The position numbers and the translations under genes were made by a program. A stretch of 64,000 nucleotides of DNA from a virus (taxonomy: Duplodnaviria; Heunggongvirae; Uroviricota; Caudoviricetes), in IMG/VR virus record IMGVR_UViG_3300047202_000060. One strand, given 5' to 3'. Positions 36,617 to 45,837 of this stretch are shown here, piece after piece (position 1 is the stretch's first letter; the number at the start of each line of letters is the position of its first letter). The notes beneath the pieces are model-generated. The model was not told the origin of the DNA and searched no databases. It saw only the letters and a list, made by a program, of their open reading frames with translations.

Positions 36617-36853
36617 TCATGAAAATTGCACCTTTACTCCTAATACAATTACCTCTTTTACTTCTCTAGCTGTTACAGTTATTCCTTTCCACTCTGGGTG
36701 CTCAATTACTCGAACAAAAAGAATTGTCTCATCCGTGCTCATAAATGGACTAATTATATAACGAGAACCTATGGAAGTTACTTTGCCATGAAGTGTTTCT
36801 TCGCCACGCTCAAACACTACTACATCGCCAGTTTTTATCTTATCTATTTTCAT
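36617..36853 (-). CDS. hypothetical protein, VKVQFS tail
   Basis: 78-aa ORF. Confidence 0.45.
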   Translation of the reverse strand: MKIDKIKTGDVVVFERGEETLHGKVTSIGSRYIISPFMSTDETILFVRVIEHPEWKGITVTAREVKEVIVLGVKVQFS

Positions 36854-37168
36854 GTGAATTGAACCTTCTCCCTTTCTTTTATGACATCATAAAATCTTAT
36901 TGCGGCTCACATTCTACAAAGTTCGAAGTCATCTCTTTTGCCATCACAGCCGTTTGAGTCGAAGCATTCGCTGACATATGGACAGATGCCATTCTTCTTG
37001 AAAAATTCTAGTTCTTCATACTTATTCATGTGAACTGCACCTTTATTAATTCAGTTTTCTCTCTTTGTTTTTTCTGCATCCAAACTGCAAGCGCAACGTA
37101 CCAAGATGCTTTTCTAACTATATATGCGTCATAGAATGCTGAACCTTTAACAAAACATCTAGGGTCGC

Positions 37169-37363
37169 TCATGTAAATTCAACCACTTCTTTTGTGCATT
37201 GTTCAAACGAATATTCTTTCTGGCATTTCATACACCAGATTTTTCTAGGAATAACAAGATTTAAACCAGAACCGTCATTTAATGGTCTAAGGAAATACCC
37301 ACCTACCCCTTGAAGTCCTTCCTCATCGCCACACTTGGGACATTTCCACTTGTTGCCGCTCAT
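37169..37363 (-). CDS. Zn-ribbon protein, EVVEFT tail
   Basis: CPKCGDEE...CMKCQ. Confidence 0.5.
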   Translation of the reverse strand: MSGNKWKCPKCGDEEGLQGVGGYFLRPLNDGSGLNLVIPRKIWCMKCQKEYSFEQCTKEVVEFT

Positions 37364-37629
37364 GTAAACTCTACCTTCTCTTTTCCAGATATTAAGTCAC
37401 AAACCTCAAACTCTTTATTAGCTTTTCTCAAAGTTTTTATAAGGGGTCTATAGTGTTCTTCACAGAGATAAACCCATATAGCATAAAGAACAATTTGACG
37501 GTCCGCATCATAAACGTAATCAAATACTACTCTATATCTAGCTTTCTTTCCACATTTAGCAGACCCACATTTAGATTTTTTCTCATCATTGTCTGGTTCT
37601 CTTTTCACATCATACATTTGCGTAATCAT
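37360..37629 (-). CDS. hypothetical protein, EKVEFT tail
   Basis: 89-aa ORF. Confidence 0.5.
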   Translation of the reverse strand: MITQMYDVKREPDNDEKKSKCGSAKCGKKARYRVVFDYVYDADRQIVLYAIWVYLCEEHYRPLIKTLRKANKEFEVCDLISGKEKVEFT

Positions 37630-37768
37630 TCTCTAACAAACCCCGCGCCCTTACATCTTCTACAGGGAACCCTAATCCACCTATCAGGTTGACTTGCAGT
37701 TAGAAAAGGATTTCTCATAATGAGATAACCTATTCCCTTACAACATGGACATTCCCTTAATGGTCTCA

Positions 37769-38017
37769 TCATGTAAACGTCACCTTCTCCTTAGCTTTCC
37801 AACGCGCCTTTTCCTGTTCTGCTCCTTCGGCTACCCCGTCATCATGCCCTGAGTCATAGCCGTTAGTATATCCTTCTTCCTTTCCCTTATCATATCCCTC
37901 TTGAAATGCTTCTTTCTTAGACTCTATAATCGCCAAATCTACTAGGTCTTGCAAATCTTGGTCTAAGTTGTCCATGATTTGTTTTAATGTCTTGGACTTT
38001 CGAAGATGGATACTCAT
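37769..38017 (-). CDS. acidic Gly/Tyr-rich hypothetical protein, EKVTFT tail; start trimmed from 38047
   Basis: ATG 31 nt downstream of TATATAAA box. Confidence 0.45.
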   Translation of the reverse strand: MSIHLRKSKTLKQIMDNLDQDLQDLVDLAIIESKKEAFQEGYDKGKEEGYTNGYDSGHDDGVAEGAEQEKARWKAKEKVTFT

Positions 38018-38046
38018 TTTACATCTGGGAATACTAAGGCGAACCA

Positions 38047-38081
38047 CCTATATAAACTTTGCGCTAGAACCACCTTACTCA
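38047..38081 (-). promoter_or_regulatory. class I element copy
   Basis: cctatataaactttgcgctagaaccaccttactca. Confidence 0.4.
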
Positions 38082-38181
38082 TTTTTCCGCAACCTTTATA
38101 AGGTAGAGTTGACTACTTGTGCGTTAGTGCGGGCATTAAGATTTTTTTTCAATGCATGGTCCCCGCCACACGAACGAATTT

Positions 38182-38197
38182 TTAATCATCTGATTAA
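38182..38197. repeat. 16-bp palindrome TTAATCATCTGATTAA
   Basis: inverted repeat copy. Confidence 0.55.
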
Positions 38198-38250
38198 AAG
38201 AATTCATGGTTAATGCCTATTTACACCTTTCGCAACCTTAATAAGCAACC

Positions 38251-38694
38251 TCATAAAATATTAACAATGTGATTCTTTTTCTCAAGAACAAACTTGACTA
38301 CAAAATGCCACTTCTTTGCAATTACATCATAGACATAGAATGACTTATGAATGTTATCAAGAGCCTTTTTAGTTTCACGCCCTTCAATGTTATTCAGCAC
38401 TTGATGAAGAACTTCATGCTCAAGAATCTCTTCTGCACATTCCGCATAATCCTCACATTCTGGACGAGCAAAAAGTTTTATTTGAAAAAATCCCGTATAG
38501 CCACCCGCAACACAATCCTTAAAATATATATTAATTTCGGATTTATTACAAATCCCTACATAGATTCCTACAGAGTTTTCTTTTGTTATAGCAGATTTGA
38601 TTTTTAGCCAATAATCTCGAAAAGCGGGTAAGGAAACACGTATAAAATCAAATAGAACCCGTTTCTTTCTCTTTAAATCTGTCATTTCTACCAA
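38251..38694 (-). CDS. mini HExxH metalloprotease-like protein
   Basis: EILEHEVLHQVLNN. Confidence 0.45.
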   Translation of the reverse strand: MVEMTDLKRKKRVLFDFIRVSLPAFRDYWLKIKSAITKENSVGIYVGICNKSEINIYFKDCVAGGYTGFFQIKLFARPECEDYAECAEEILEHEVLHQVLNNIEGRETKKALDNIHKSFYVYDVIAKKWHFVVKFVLEKKNHIVNIL

Positions 38695-38711
38695 AGAAAG
38701 AAAAGAAAAAC

Positions 38712-38732
38712 AAGTATTTAAAGGTTATGGTT
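38712..38732 (-). promoter_or_regulatory. class II promoter element
   Basis: agtatttaaaggttatggttg. Confidence 0.4.
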
Positions 38733-39027
38733 GATATTCATCTAATTTTGCGGCTCTAAATGTAATAGCTATTTTTGCAGTTTTACTATACGCTTTTTCT
38801 ACATTTACTTTTGCTGGAATAAACACAAAACTTCTACGTCTTTGCGGGTCTGCTGGTGAAGGATTATTCAATTCTTCAATTAAAATACCGCCCGTGAACG
38901 TCAATATTTCTAATTTATATCCACAATGAGGACAACAAACAGGTGGATTAGCATTTTGAAGTGTAGCTCTTCCGTGACTAATGGCTATTCTTCTTTCTTC
39001 TTTTACCGTGTATGTTTCTTTAGGCAT
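38725..39027 (-). CDS. Zn-ribbon protein
   Basis: CCPHCGYKLE. Confidence 0.45.
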   Translation of the reverse strand: MPKETYTVKEERRIAISHGRATLQNANPPVCCPHCGYKLEILTFTGGILIEELNNPSPADPQRRRSFVFIPAKVNVEKAYSKTAKIAITFRAAKLDEYQP

Positions 39028-39686
39028 TATGGTTCACGCCGTTTCTCTTTGCCTCTTGACTTATACTTGCCACCTTCACGGATTGACTTACGTTTTAACT
39101 TTCGTATTTTATCTTCCTCTTCCTCGAATTCTTTCCAATCTTCCATACTTGCTCGTTCCCAAGCATCCATTTCGTCTTGTAACTCTTTACTCATTGGTCC
39201 ATCTTTTGTCATTCGTTCCTTCATCTTTTTTGGACCTAAAGGACAATCTTCCATACCACACCATTTAAGATGGTCTGGATTACCCATTTGATGATTTTGA
39301 TAACAGCAAGGATTACATTCTTGACAAGCTAATTCACTACCGAACCACGCACAATGAGCATGAATTGGTTTAAAGAGTTCTCCTTCTTCTGTCTTTAACG
39401 CTTCTAATCCTTTTTTTAATTCCTTTTTCTCTCTAGGAGAAATTTCTTCTCGTGGCTGATTTAGATAATCGATCAATTCTTGGTTAAATTTAACTGGATA
39501 TATTTCTTGCTTAGTTGGAATTAACGGCTGTGGAAATTGAAGAGTTAACATTGGTGCTGATGTAGGACATTGATGAACAAGCCCATAATGGTAAACTGCC
39601 CCGCAATTTTGGCATTTTAACATATGCTTCGGGTCACGACATCCAGTTCCACAATTAGTGTCGCTCAAGTTGGATTCAACACCCAA
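39027..39686 (-). CDS. Cys-rich multi-Zn-finger protein with basic tail
   Basis: CGTGCRD...CQNCG...CQECNPCC...; KKELKKG. Confidence 0.5.
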   Translation of the reverse strand: MGVESNLSDTNCGTGCRDPKHMLKCQNCGAVYHYGLVHQCPTSAPMLTLQFPQPLIPTKQEIYPVKFNQELIDYLNQPREEISPREKKELKKGLEALKTEEGELFKPIHAHCAWFGSELACQECNPCCYQNHQMGNPDHLKWCGMEDCPLGPKKMKERMTKDGPMSKELQDEMDAWERASMEDWKEFEEEEDKIRKLKRKSIREGGKYKSRGKEKRREP

Positions 39687-39963
39687 TCATCAGTAAGATA
39701 TGCCATAAAGAATAATGTGTTGTCAATATCTTCGTCCGTAATTTCTTCATCAGACATTAAAACTCTTCCTCTCCGACCATAGCATTCATCAACATATGCC
39801 AAATACACTTTTGACATATAGCGTAATCATTTTTATACATACATTGTGGACATGTTTTTCGTGCTATTTTATTAGCTTTTTCCTGTTGCTCTTTTTTTGT
39901 TAAAGGAATATACGATTTCATGTCAAATCACACTTAAGTTATGACAAAACGCCTATTTAAAGG

Positions 39964-40596
39964 TTACGGAACTTTGTCTTCTGGATTCCAATGAGTTTGT
40001 TCATATTTTAAAAGCCAACTTTTATAACTTTCTTCTGTTCTACGCATTTTCTTTGTTTGTGATGTTGATTGATGGTTTATTACAATGTGAATTGCTGGTG
40101 CGTGTACTATATCTATTTCTCCATCTTTATCAAAAACTCTCCTATGATCTGTTGACCAATGCACGGTTTCTGTTTTTCTAATACACGCATATCTTAGATG
40201 TAATGCATAAGGTTTATACATTAGCCAATGCATACGATAGACTTTTTCATTAAAGTTTTCAAGTGTTTTACGAACGTCATCTCCCCATTCAACTATATAT
40301 TCATCTGAATCTATAATTAGACCCCAATCTCCATTATTGAGATATTTAAGAGATTCCGTCCGAGACTCGTGTTGATGCATAACGGACAATTGAATATAAG
40401 AAACTTTAGATTTGGAAATTTTGGCAAATTCTTCTATTACTTTATCTGTTCCATCATCTGAGTGGTCTGGACCTTCAATACCGTGCCATCTGCCGTCAAA
40501 ACACATTATCTCGTCCACTTTACCATCTATACTTTGAAGACACGGTAATATAACTTCTGAACATTGATATGTCATAATTATTGCTACAAGTTTCAT
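39964..40596 (-). CDS. glycosyltransferase family 2-like
   Basis: N-terminal KLVAIIMTYQCSE; acidic DSDEY motif; 210 aa. Confidence 0.5.
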   Translation of the reverse strand: MKLVAIIMTYQCSEVILPCLQSIDGKVDEIMCFDGRWHGIEGPDHSDDGTDKVIEEFAKISKSKVSYIQLSVMHQHESRTESLKYLNNGDWGLIIDSDEYIVEWGDDVRKTLENFNEKVYRMHWLMYKPYALHLRYACIRKTETVHWSTDHRRVFDKDGEIDIVHAPAIHIVINHQSTSQTKKMRRTEESYKSWLLKYEQTHWNPEDKVP

Positions 40597-40865
40597 TAGT
40601 CAATTACCCCTTTTATATGTAATTTTCGATGCATACAATCACCATACATGTGATTTGCTTCTCTTGGTTCTATTTCTACTCGTATATCTTTTCTTCCATT
40701 AAATTGATTTTCAAGTGCCTTTTTATGGTGGGTTGCTATCTGTTCTTTTAAATCAACAGAATAAAGTTGTGGAATCCAAATTACATCTTTTCCCTCATAT
40801 TCTCTAAACCAAACCCAAACAAGCCAAATAGGAATTTTAGTCGTAGTAAAGTCGCTTCCTATCAA
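40596..40865 (-). CDS. hypothetical protein
   Basis: 89-aa ORF. Confidence 0.4.
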   Translation of the reverse strand: MIGSDFTTTKIPIWLVWVWFREYEGKDVIWIPQLYSVDLKEQIATHHKKALENQFNGRKDIRVEIEPREANHMYGDCMHRKLHIKGVID

Positions 40866-41223
40866 CGCCTAACTCTAGTAAAGCTTTCTTTACAACATCT
40901 ACGAATTCCAAGTTTTGACGCGCTCTAGGACATTTCTCTTGTATCTCATTCCAATAATGGTCCCAGCCGTGTTCCAGACTAAAGAGTATTAATGCCGCGC
41001 AAGCTAAAGTGTTTGAACGAGACATTCCAGCCATACACCTAATAATCACTCTTTCTCCGCACCCCAATAAGTTTGCAATCAGAATAATCTTTCGTTTTAC
41101 AACCTCAATCGTGTTTTCTGCTGAATCATTTAAATCTCTCACATCTACGATAATTGTACCTTCTGGTGTGTAACTTTCGAGCATATTGCAAGTTCCTAGA
41201 TTGTTCCATATCCAATATACCAT
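40837..41223 (-). CDS. dual-specificity (CX5R) protein phosphatase-like
   Basis: P-loop IRCMAGMSRSNT matches HCxxGxxRS signature. Confidence 0.6.
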   Translation of the reverse strand: MVYWIWNNLGTCNMLESYTPEGTIIVDVRDLNDSAENTIEVVKRKIILIANLLGCGERVIIRCMAGMSRSNTLACAALILFSLEHGWDHYWNEIQEKCPRARQNLEFVDVVKKALLELGVDRKRLYYD

Positions 41224-41687
41224 TATTTCTCATTCCTCACTTTAGATTCTCTTAATCTCGTTATATCATTCCAAGAAAGACCCAAAAATCTCATACAAAA
41301 ATGGGTGAAACTATGACAAGACTTGCATAGTGGAGCAAAATCTTCTTGATGGTTTATTATGTATAATCTTGAAGAACTATGAGGATTTCCGTGTATTTCG
41401 TGAGCGTGTATTCTGTAATTATTTGGACTATACCCACAAATCAAGCATTTATTCCCCAAAAGCGAGACAATTTTTTTATTATACTTCTCGTTAGTTCTTC
41501 TTGCATTTATACGATGCCGCTCTAAATAACGAATTCTATGATTGGCATCGTAAGATTCTGTCCTCTTTCTTTTACAATCTTTACAAAGATATTCATAATT
41601 TCGTTTTCTGTATTCTGTCCAGTTTGTTCCTAAGATAAGGGCACACCCACAATCCTTGCATTTGTCTTCACGCCATTTATTTGCCAT
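41223..41687 (-). CDS. HNH endonuclease family A with N-terminal Zn ribbon
   Basis: CKDCGC...CKDCKRK; LLGNKCLICGY..HAHEIHGNPH..DFAPLCKSCHSFTH. Confidence 0.6.
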   Translation of the reverse strand: MANKWREDKCKDCGCALILGTNWTEYRKRNYEYLCKDCKRKRTESYDANHRIRYLERHRINARRTNEKYNKKIVSLLGNKCLICGYSPNNYRIHAHEIHGNPHSSSRLYIINHQEDFAPLCKSCHSFTHFCMRFLGLSWNDITRLRESKVRNEK

Positions 41688-41718
41688 CTAAACATCACCA
41701 TTATATAATACACAGATG

Positions 41719-41745
41719 GAGTATTTAAGTCTTACGGTTTAAGCC
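41719..41745 (-). promoter_or_regulatory. class II promoter element
   Basis: gagtatttaagtcttacggtttaagcc, box 34 nt upstream of 41687. Confidence 0.4.
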
Positions 41746-41969
41746 GCTTCCCGTGGAGAATTTAAATAGTCTTTTAACGCACTATTTTGGTTAATGTCCT
41801 TCTGAGTATAGCCATAGTAGGTGTCAAATACCAAACCTGTTCTACATGTGGGATTAATGCACATCCACTTACAATCGACTCTACGACCTTCTTTTTCCTC
41901 ATTAACTCTAATAAGGAATGAGTCACATTTTGGGCACTTAAGTAATATAGGGTCTTCTTCATCACTCAT
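41739..41969 (-). CDS. Zn-ribbon protein
   Basis: CPKCDSF...CINPTC; overlapping same-strand ORF 41774..41965 judged spurious. Confidence 0.5.
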   Translation of the reverse strand: MSDEEDPILLKCPKCDSFLIRVNEEKEGRRVDCKWMCINPTCRTGLVFDTYYGYTQKDINQNSALKDYLNSPREAA

Positions 41970-42098
41970 CTTTTAATTGCTCCTTCCAACACCTTTTACA
42001 TAACCATGAAAATGCATGATTCTCTGGAATCCAAGTGATATAAATCTCTTGTATAAGAATATCGTTTCCGCAACGATCACAAGATTTAATACAAACAC

Positions 42099-42338
42099 TC
42101 ATGGGTATCTCTTCTTAAATTCTTCTTCCCATTGTTTACGTTTTTCTATTTTCTTTGCGTGTTGCTTACAGTATTCACCATTAGGACCATAACCACGTTT
42201 ACGACTACATTGAAAATAATGCCAACCCGACCAATCGACTACTTCCTCTATACATCGAGTAGGGTCTTCTGGAATACCTTTAGGATTACCACCCCATTTG
42301 TCATAAACTCGTTTCTTTTGTTCAGACATATTTTTCAC
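42099..42338 (-). CDS. hypothetical basic protein
   Basis: 79-aa ORF, box 23 nt upstream. Confidence 0.45.
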   Translation of the reverse strand: MKNMSEQKKRVYDKWGGNPKGIPEDPTRCIEEVVDWSGWHYFQCSRKRGYGPNGEYCKQHAKKIEKRKQWEEEFKKRYP

Positions 42339-42359
42339 TACATATTAGATAGGTATAAA

Positions 42360-42394
42360 CCTTAATAAACTTTGTGGTAGAAAGCCCATATTCA
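42360..42394 (-). promoter_or_regulatory. class I element copy
   Basis: ccttaataaactttgtggtagaaagcccatattca; supplies TGA stop of 42392..42658. Confidence 0.4.
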
Positions 42395-42658
42395 TTTGCC
42401 CCTTCTATATTTTCTTTTCCAAAAAATCTGTACTAAACATAACACCATACTTGCAATGCAAAGGAATGATGAAATCAAAGCTCCTAGACCATAATTTCCA
42501 ATAGCAAAAAGGATATAACCTATAGTTAGTGCGAATAAGAAATTTATAGACAGACCACTAAGATTCTTTCTATTTTTGTATGCTGTAATGATTTGTGGTA
42601 TATTAGCCACAAAAAAGAGAACATTCCCTATATCTATGAGTGTTAGAAACGGAATCAA
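42392..42658 (-). CDS. small membrane protein (three TM helices)
   Basis: hydrophobic profile. Confidence 0.45.
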   Translation of the reverse strand: MIPFLTLIDIGNVLFFVANIPQIITAYKNRKNLSGLSINFLFALTIGYILFAIGNYGLGALISSFLCIASMVLCLVQIFWKRKYRRGK

Positions 42659-43077
42659 ATTTTCTCCTCTCTCGTTATATCTTTCAAAATTTCCTCAAGT
42701 TCTCTCTTAGTATGAATTATTTTATTACAAAGCGACTCTAGGAATATATTTTTAAGAGCGACAGGACACAGAAGTATCGTATATAAACCAAGTTGCCTAG
42801 CATATTCTAATTCCATCATCGTGCCACCGCAGAAGGTTTCTAAATCTGTAACAACCAAAAGGATGTCACATTCCCTGATCTTTCGAAAATCATATGCCGT
42901 AATTACGCCTTTATACTCTTCGGTATAATTTGGCGGTATTATCGGGCTATCCCCAAATCCAGCACCAAATACTTCAATCTTATATTTAGCAAACATTTTC
43001 TTGAATTTGGCAATTCGTTCAAAGGCTTCTGTAACACACACATCAATAGCACTTGCGTAGTATAAATGGAAGGTCAT
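42655..43077 (-). CDS. nucleoside 2-deoxyribosyltransferase-like (Rcl/DNPH1-like fold) protein
   Basis: VFGAGFGD...CDILLVVTDL...GGTMMELEYARQLG resembles NDT signature; weak. Confidence 0.4.
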   Translation of the reverse strand: MTFHLYYASAIDVCVTEAFERIAKFKKMFAKYKIEVFGAGFGDSPIIPPNYTEEYKGVITAYDFRKIRECDILLVVTDLETFCGGTMMELEYARQLGLYTILLCPVALKNIFLESLCNKIIHTKRELEEILKDITREEKI

Positions 43078-43304
43078 TTCTTATTCCTCAAAAGTTTTTC
43101 TATTTCCTTTTGGCATTCCAGACACTTTACTTTGAAATCTTCTGTAGTTAACCATTGATTTAACCAATTACATCTTCGTTTCCAAATTCCTTTTACTAAC
43201 TTGTCTTCAAAACAACATGGGGGAACAGAACCTTTTGCAGTTTTCCAGAGTTCTGTTGCTTCTTCTACCCTTCCTTTCTCAATTCTTTCACGTATTGTGG
43301 TCAT
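43074..43304 (-). CDS. hypothetical Cys-containing protein
   Basis: 76-aa ORF. Confidence 0.4.
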   Translation of the reverse strand: MTTIRERIEKGRVEEATELWKTAKGSVPPCCFEDKLVKGIWKRRCNWLNQWLTTEDFKVKCLECQKEIEKLLRNKK

Positions 43305-44278
43305 TTTCGATTCCTCAATCTTCTAAAGAATGCAACTATTCTATTCTCTTTGTATTCAGCTTCTACTATCTTTTTTACTATTGTATTAGTCTCTTTCTGT
43401 TCAATATGATGATCTTGACAATAATCGCAGTAAAGACGGTAAAAATCATATTCGGGGGCACTACACATATGTTTTTCCATTTCCTTTTTAATGTATGTCG
43501 CAACTACTGGCATAGCATCACGTTTTATTGAGAATTTTTCTCCCAAATCTGCATAGGCTTTATCAACCGCACCCATAGCTTCACTCAAAGGCAAAGGTGG
43601 ATATACTGGTCTGCCTTTCTCAAGTTTAGGTTGTCCCCTCGACTTAGCAGTATCCAATTTTTCTTTAGCATATAACGGGTTTCCTTCGGCAGTAAGTGTT
43701 TTCAAAACAACTCCTTCTCTGTGTTCTTTTTTACAAAGTTCCAGCATTTCATCTCTATAATTGTAAAGTGATTCCATACTGGTAAATCGTCCTTCTCCAA
43801 AGAGTTGAACACACTTCATACCATAATGGAAACAAATTTGATGAATCTGTTGATAATTAAGAAAATGATTTCCGTCAAAAATATCGAAGACTATATATTC
43901 TGTTTCTATATGATTTTCTATTCGTGTTGGAGACAATCCTTTTCTCAGAAGTTCTCCAAAAACTGTATGAGTTGGATTTTCTATAAGATATTCCAAAATT
44001 GCTTGTCGTTCCTTAGAATACTGAAAATCTCTTGTAATAGAATCTTCTGCTTTTTCCCTATTTCGACTAGAAACAACTAAATATCTTATTATTGGCTTAT
44101 GAAAGATTTTTCTCAATGATGTTTTCAGTCCAGTTATTGGCTTCATCCAGATAGCTAGACATGAACCATCACGCTTTTCGGTCCAGTAAATATAATGACC
44201 TAGAAGCACTCTACCTTCATTTGGAAGATGCTGAATTTTCTCTAATTCCATATAACGCCAAACTTTCATGAGTACCAC
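43301..44278 (-). CDS. ATP-dependent polynucleotide ligase, Rnl1-like RNA ligase candidate
   Basis: motif I KRDGS in TEKRDGSCL (compare T4 Rnl1 KEDGSL), motif IV REGVVLK, motif V LYAKEK. Confidence 0.6.
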   Translation of the reverse strand: MVLMKVWRYMELEKIQHLPNEGRVLLGHYIYWTEKRDGSCLAIWMKPITGLKTSLRKIFHKPIIRYLVVSSRNREKAEDSITRDFQYSKERQAILEYLIENPTHTVFGELLRKGLSPTRIENHIETEYIVFDIFDGNHFLNYQQIHQICFHYGMKCVQLFGEGRFTSMESLYNYRDEMLELCKKEHREGVVLKTLTAEGNPLYAKEKLDTAKSRGQPKLEKGRPVYPPLPLSEAMGAVDKAYADLGEKFSIKRDAMPVVATYIKKEMEKHMCSAPEYDFYRLYCDYCQDHHIEQKETNTIVKKIVEAEYKENRIVAFFRRLRNRK

Positions 44279-44568
44279 ATTTCTTTCTTCATTATCATCA
44301 TTTGTTTAAAGTGACAAGAAGTACATTCCCAAATTGTAAGATAGATTATTATACTGTGTTCGGGTGAATCAAATGTTTCGCTTATCTGGGCATCAATAAC
44401 CTTGCTATAAACATGACCATCACATCTGAAAATGGCATTACCTAGAGATTCCAATATATAGAGAAATCTATCTCTCAATGTGGCTGGACGTTCAATCTTA
44501 CAGAAAATAACTTCGCTAGGCTGAGAGAAGATAGCTTTATTTCTTCTCATAATCATTTCTTTGAACAT
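44266..44568 (-). CDS. hypothetical protein
   Basis: 100-aa ORF. Confidence 0.4.
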   Translation of the reverse strand: MFKEMIMRRNKAIFSQPSEVIFCKIERPATLRDRFLYILESLGNAIFRCDGHVYSKVIDAQISETFDSPEHSIIIYLTIWECTSCHFKQMMIMKKEMWYS

Positions 44569-44570
44569 AT

Positions 44571-45278
44571 TTACTTTTCCTTCTTTTTGGTTTCTTTCAT
44601 TTTCTTTTTAAGTTCGGCTATATGAGCGTCTTTCTTCTTTATATCTTCTATAAGTTTCGCGGTTTCAGGGTCAATCAACGGTATCATTTCTTCTTTTGTT
44701 GGCATTAAAGTTTGCGGTGTCTTTATTTGAGCCAAACTTGCTCGGCGTTCAGCTTCCATTACGGCACGTACCTTCTTCTGTTGCTCATATAATTCCGCTT
44801 TTCTAGTTTCCTGAAAGTCTGCTTTGGTCTTTTCCAAAATTTCATGTCTGTAAATATCTGCATTAGTTATAGTATCTGGAATTACTCTCATATTATCAGG
44901 CACACCCATTTCAAGTTTTCGTTCACGTTTTTGAGTTGCTTGGGTAGCCCTAGTTTGATAATTACGACACTTTTGACACATTGATTCTTGTGGAACCATA
45001 ACATTTTCAACTTCTGTATTCGACTCCATTTTTAATCTCCTTTCCTTTTCTTCGAAACTTCTAGTTGAACCTTCTATCTTTGTGCCCATATTATTCCATT
45101 CGGCTGGAATAGTTCTATGAAATATTTTATTACATTTAGGACAAGCAAAAACACCATCAGAAGGTTTCATCAACACAGTTCTATCATCAGAACAAGTATG
45201 TTTCTTGAAAACGTAAACCTTCAACATAGATACCCAATAATCTTGTCCACATGACATACATTTTTGTTTTTGTTTCAT
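44571..45278 (-). CDS. Zn-ribbon plus coiled-coil protein
   Basis: CMSCG...CPKCNK; C-terminal lysine-rich coiled coil. Confidence 0.5.
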   Translation of the reverse strand: MKQKQKCMSCGQDYWVSMLKVYVFKKHTCSDDRTVLMKPSDGVFACPKCNKIFHRTIPAEWNNMGTKIEGSTRSFEEKERRLKMESNTEVENVMVPQESMCQKCRNYQTRATQATQKRERKLEMGVPDNMRVIPDTITNADIYRHEILEKTKADFQETRKAELYEQQKKVRAVMEAERRASLAQIKTPQTLMPTKEEMIPLIDPETAKLIEDIKKKDAHIAELKKKMKETKKKEK

Positions 45279-45307
45279 ATTAAATCACTATTAAGATAAT
45301 AACTTAC

Positions 45308-45343
45308 CTCTATTTAAACTTTGCGTAAGAAAGACTATGCTCA
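45308..45343 (-). promoter_or_regulatory. class I element copy abutting junction cassette
   Basis: cctctatttaaactttgcgtaagaaagactatgctca, box 32 nt upstream of 45278. Confidence 0.4.
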
Positions 45344-45516
45344 AGTAAACTGCACCTTCACTTTAGCATTTTTAGGTCCGAAATAATATTTCTCAAACAT
45401 TATCTTTACACACCTGTCCATCTTCAATCTTTTACCCTCTCCAAATGAATGAATTACAGCTTCGACATATCTCGTATGCCATTTTATCTTTTTCATAAGC
45501 ATAGCAATCGATTCTG

Positions 45517-45837
45517 TCATGTAAATTGCACCTTCTCTCTATCATGCATAAACCTGTAATATTCATGAGCAAGCCATACAAACCATCTCATACAAGCTCT
45601 ACAATTGCTACCGCATTTTGTAGTAGGCGGTGCAACGCCATTATACGATTTTGTTTGCCCCATCGTCCCGCCATTCTCGGAGTCCATATCCTTTCTTGGG
45701 TTTAATGAAGACAAGTGGACCATGTGTAAAAGACATTTCTCTAGCTTCCCGCTGTACTCTTGGTATAAATTGAATTTTATCTTGTACACTCCATTCTGTT
45801 TTTTGGTTGGTTTGAATATCTTTCTTGAGAAGACCAT
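45517..45837 (-). CDS. hypothetical Cys-containing protein, EKVQFT tail; N-terminal extent uncertain
   Basis: overlaps 45641..46387 by about 197 nt in another frame; internal Met at about 45663. Confidence 0.4.
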   Translation of the reverse strand: MVFSRKIFKPTKKQNGVYKIKFNLYQEYSGKLEKCLLHMVHLSSLNPRKDMDSENGGTMGQTKSYNGVAPPTTKCGSNCRACMRWFVWLAHEYYRFMHDREKVQFT

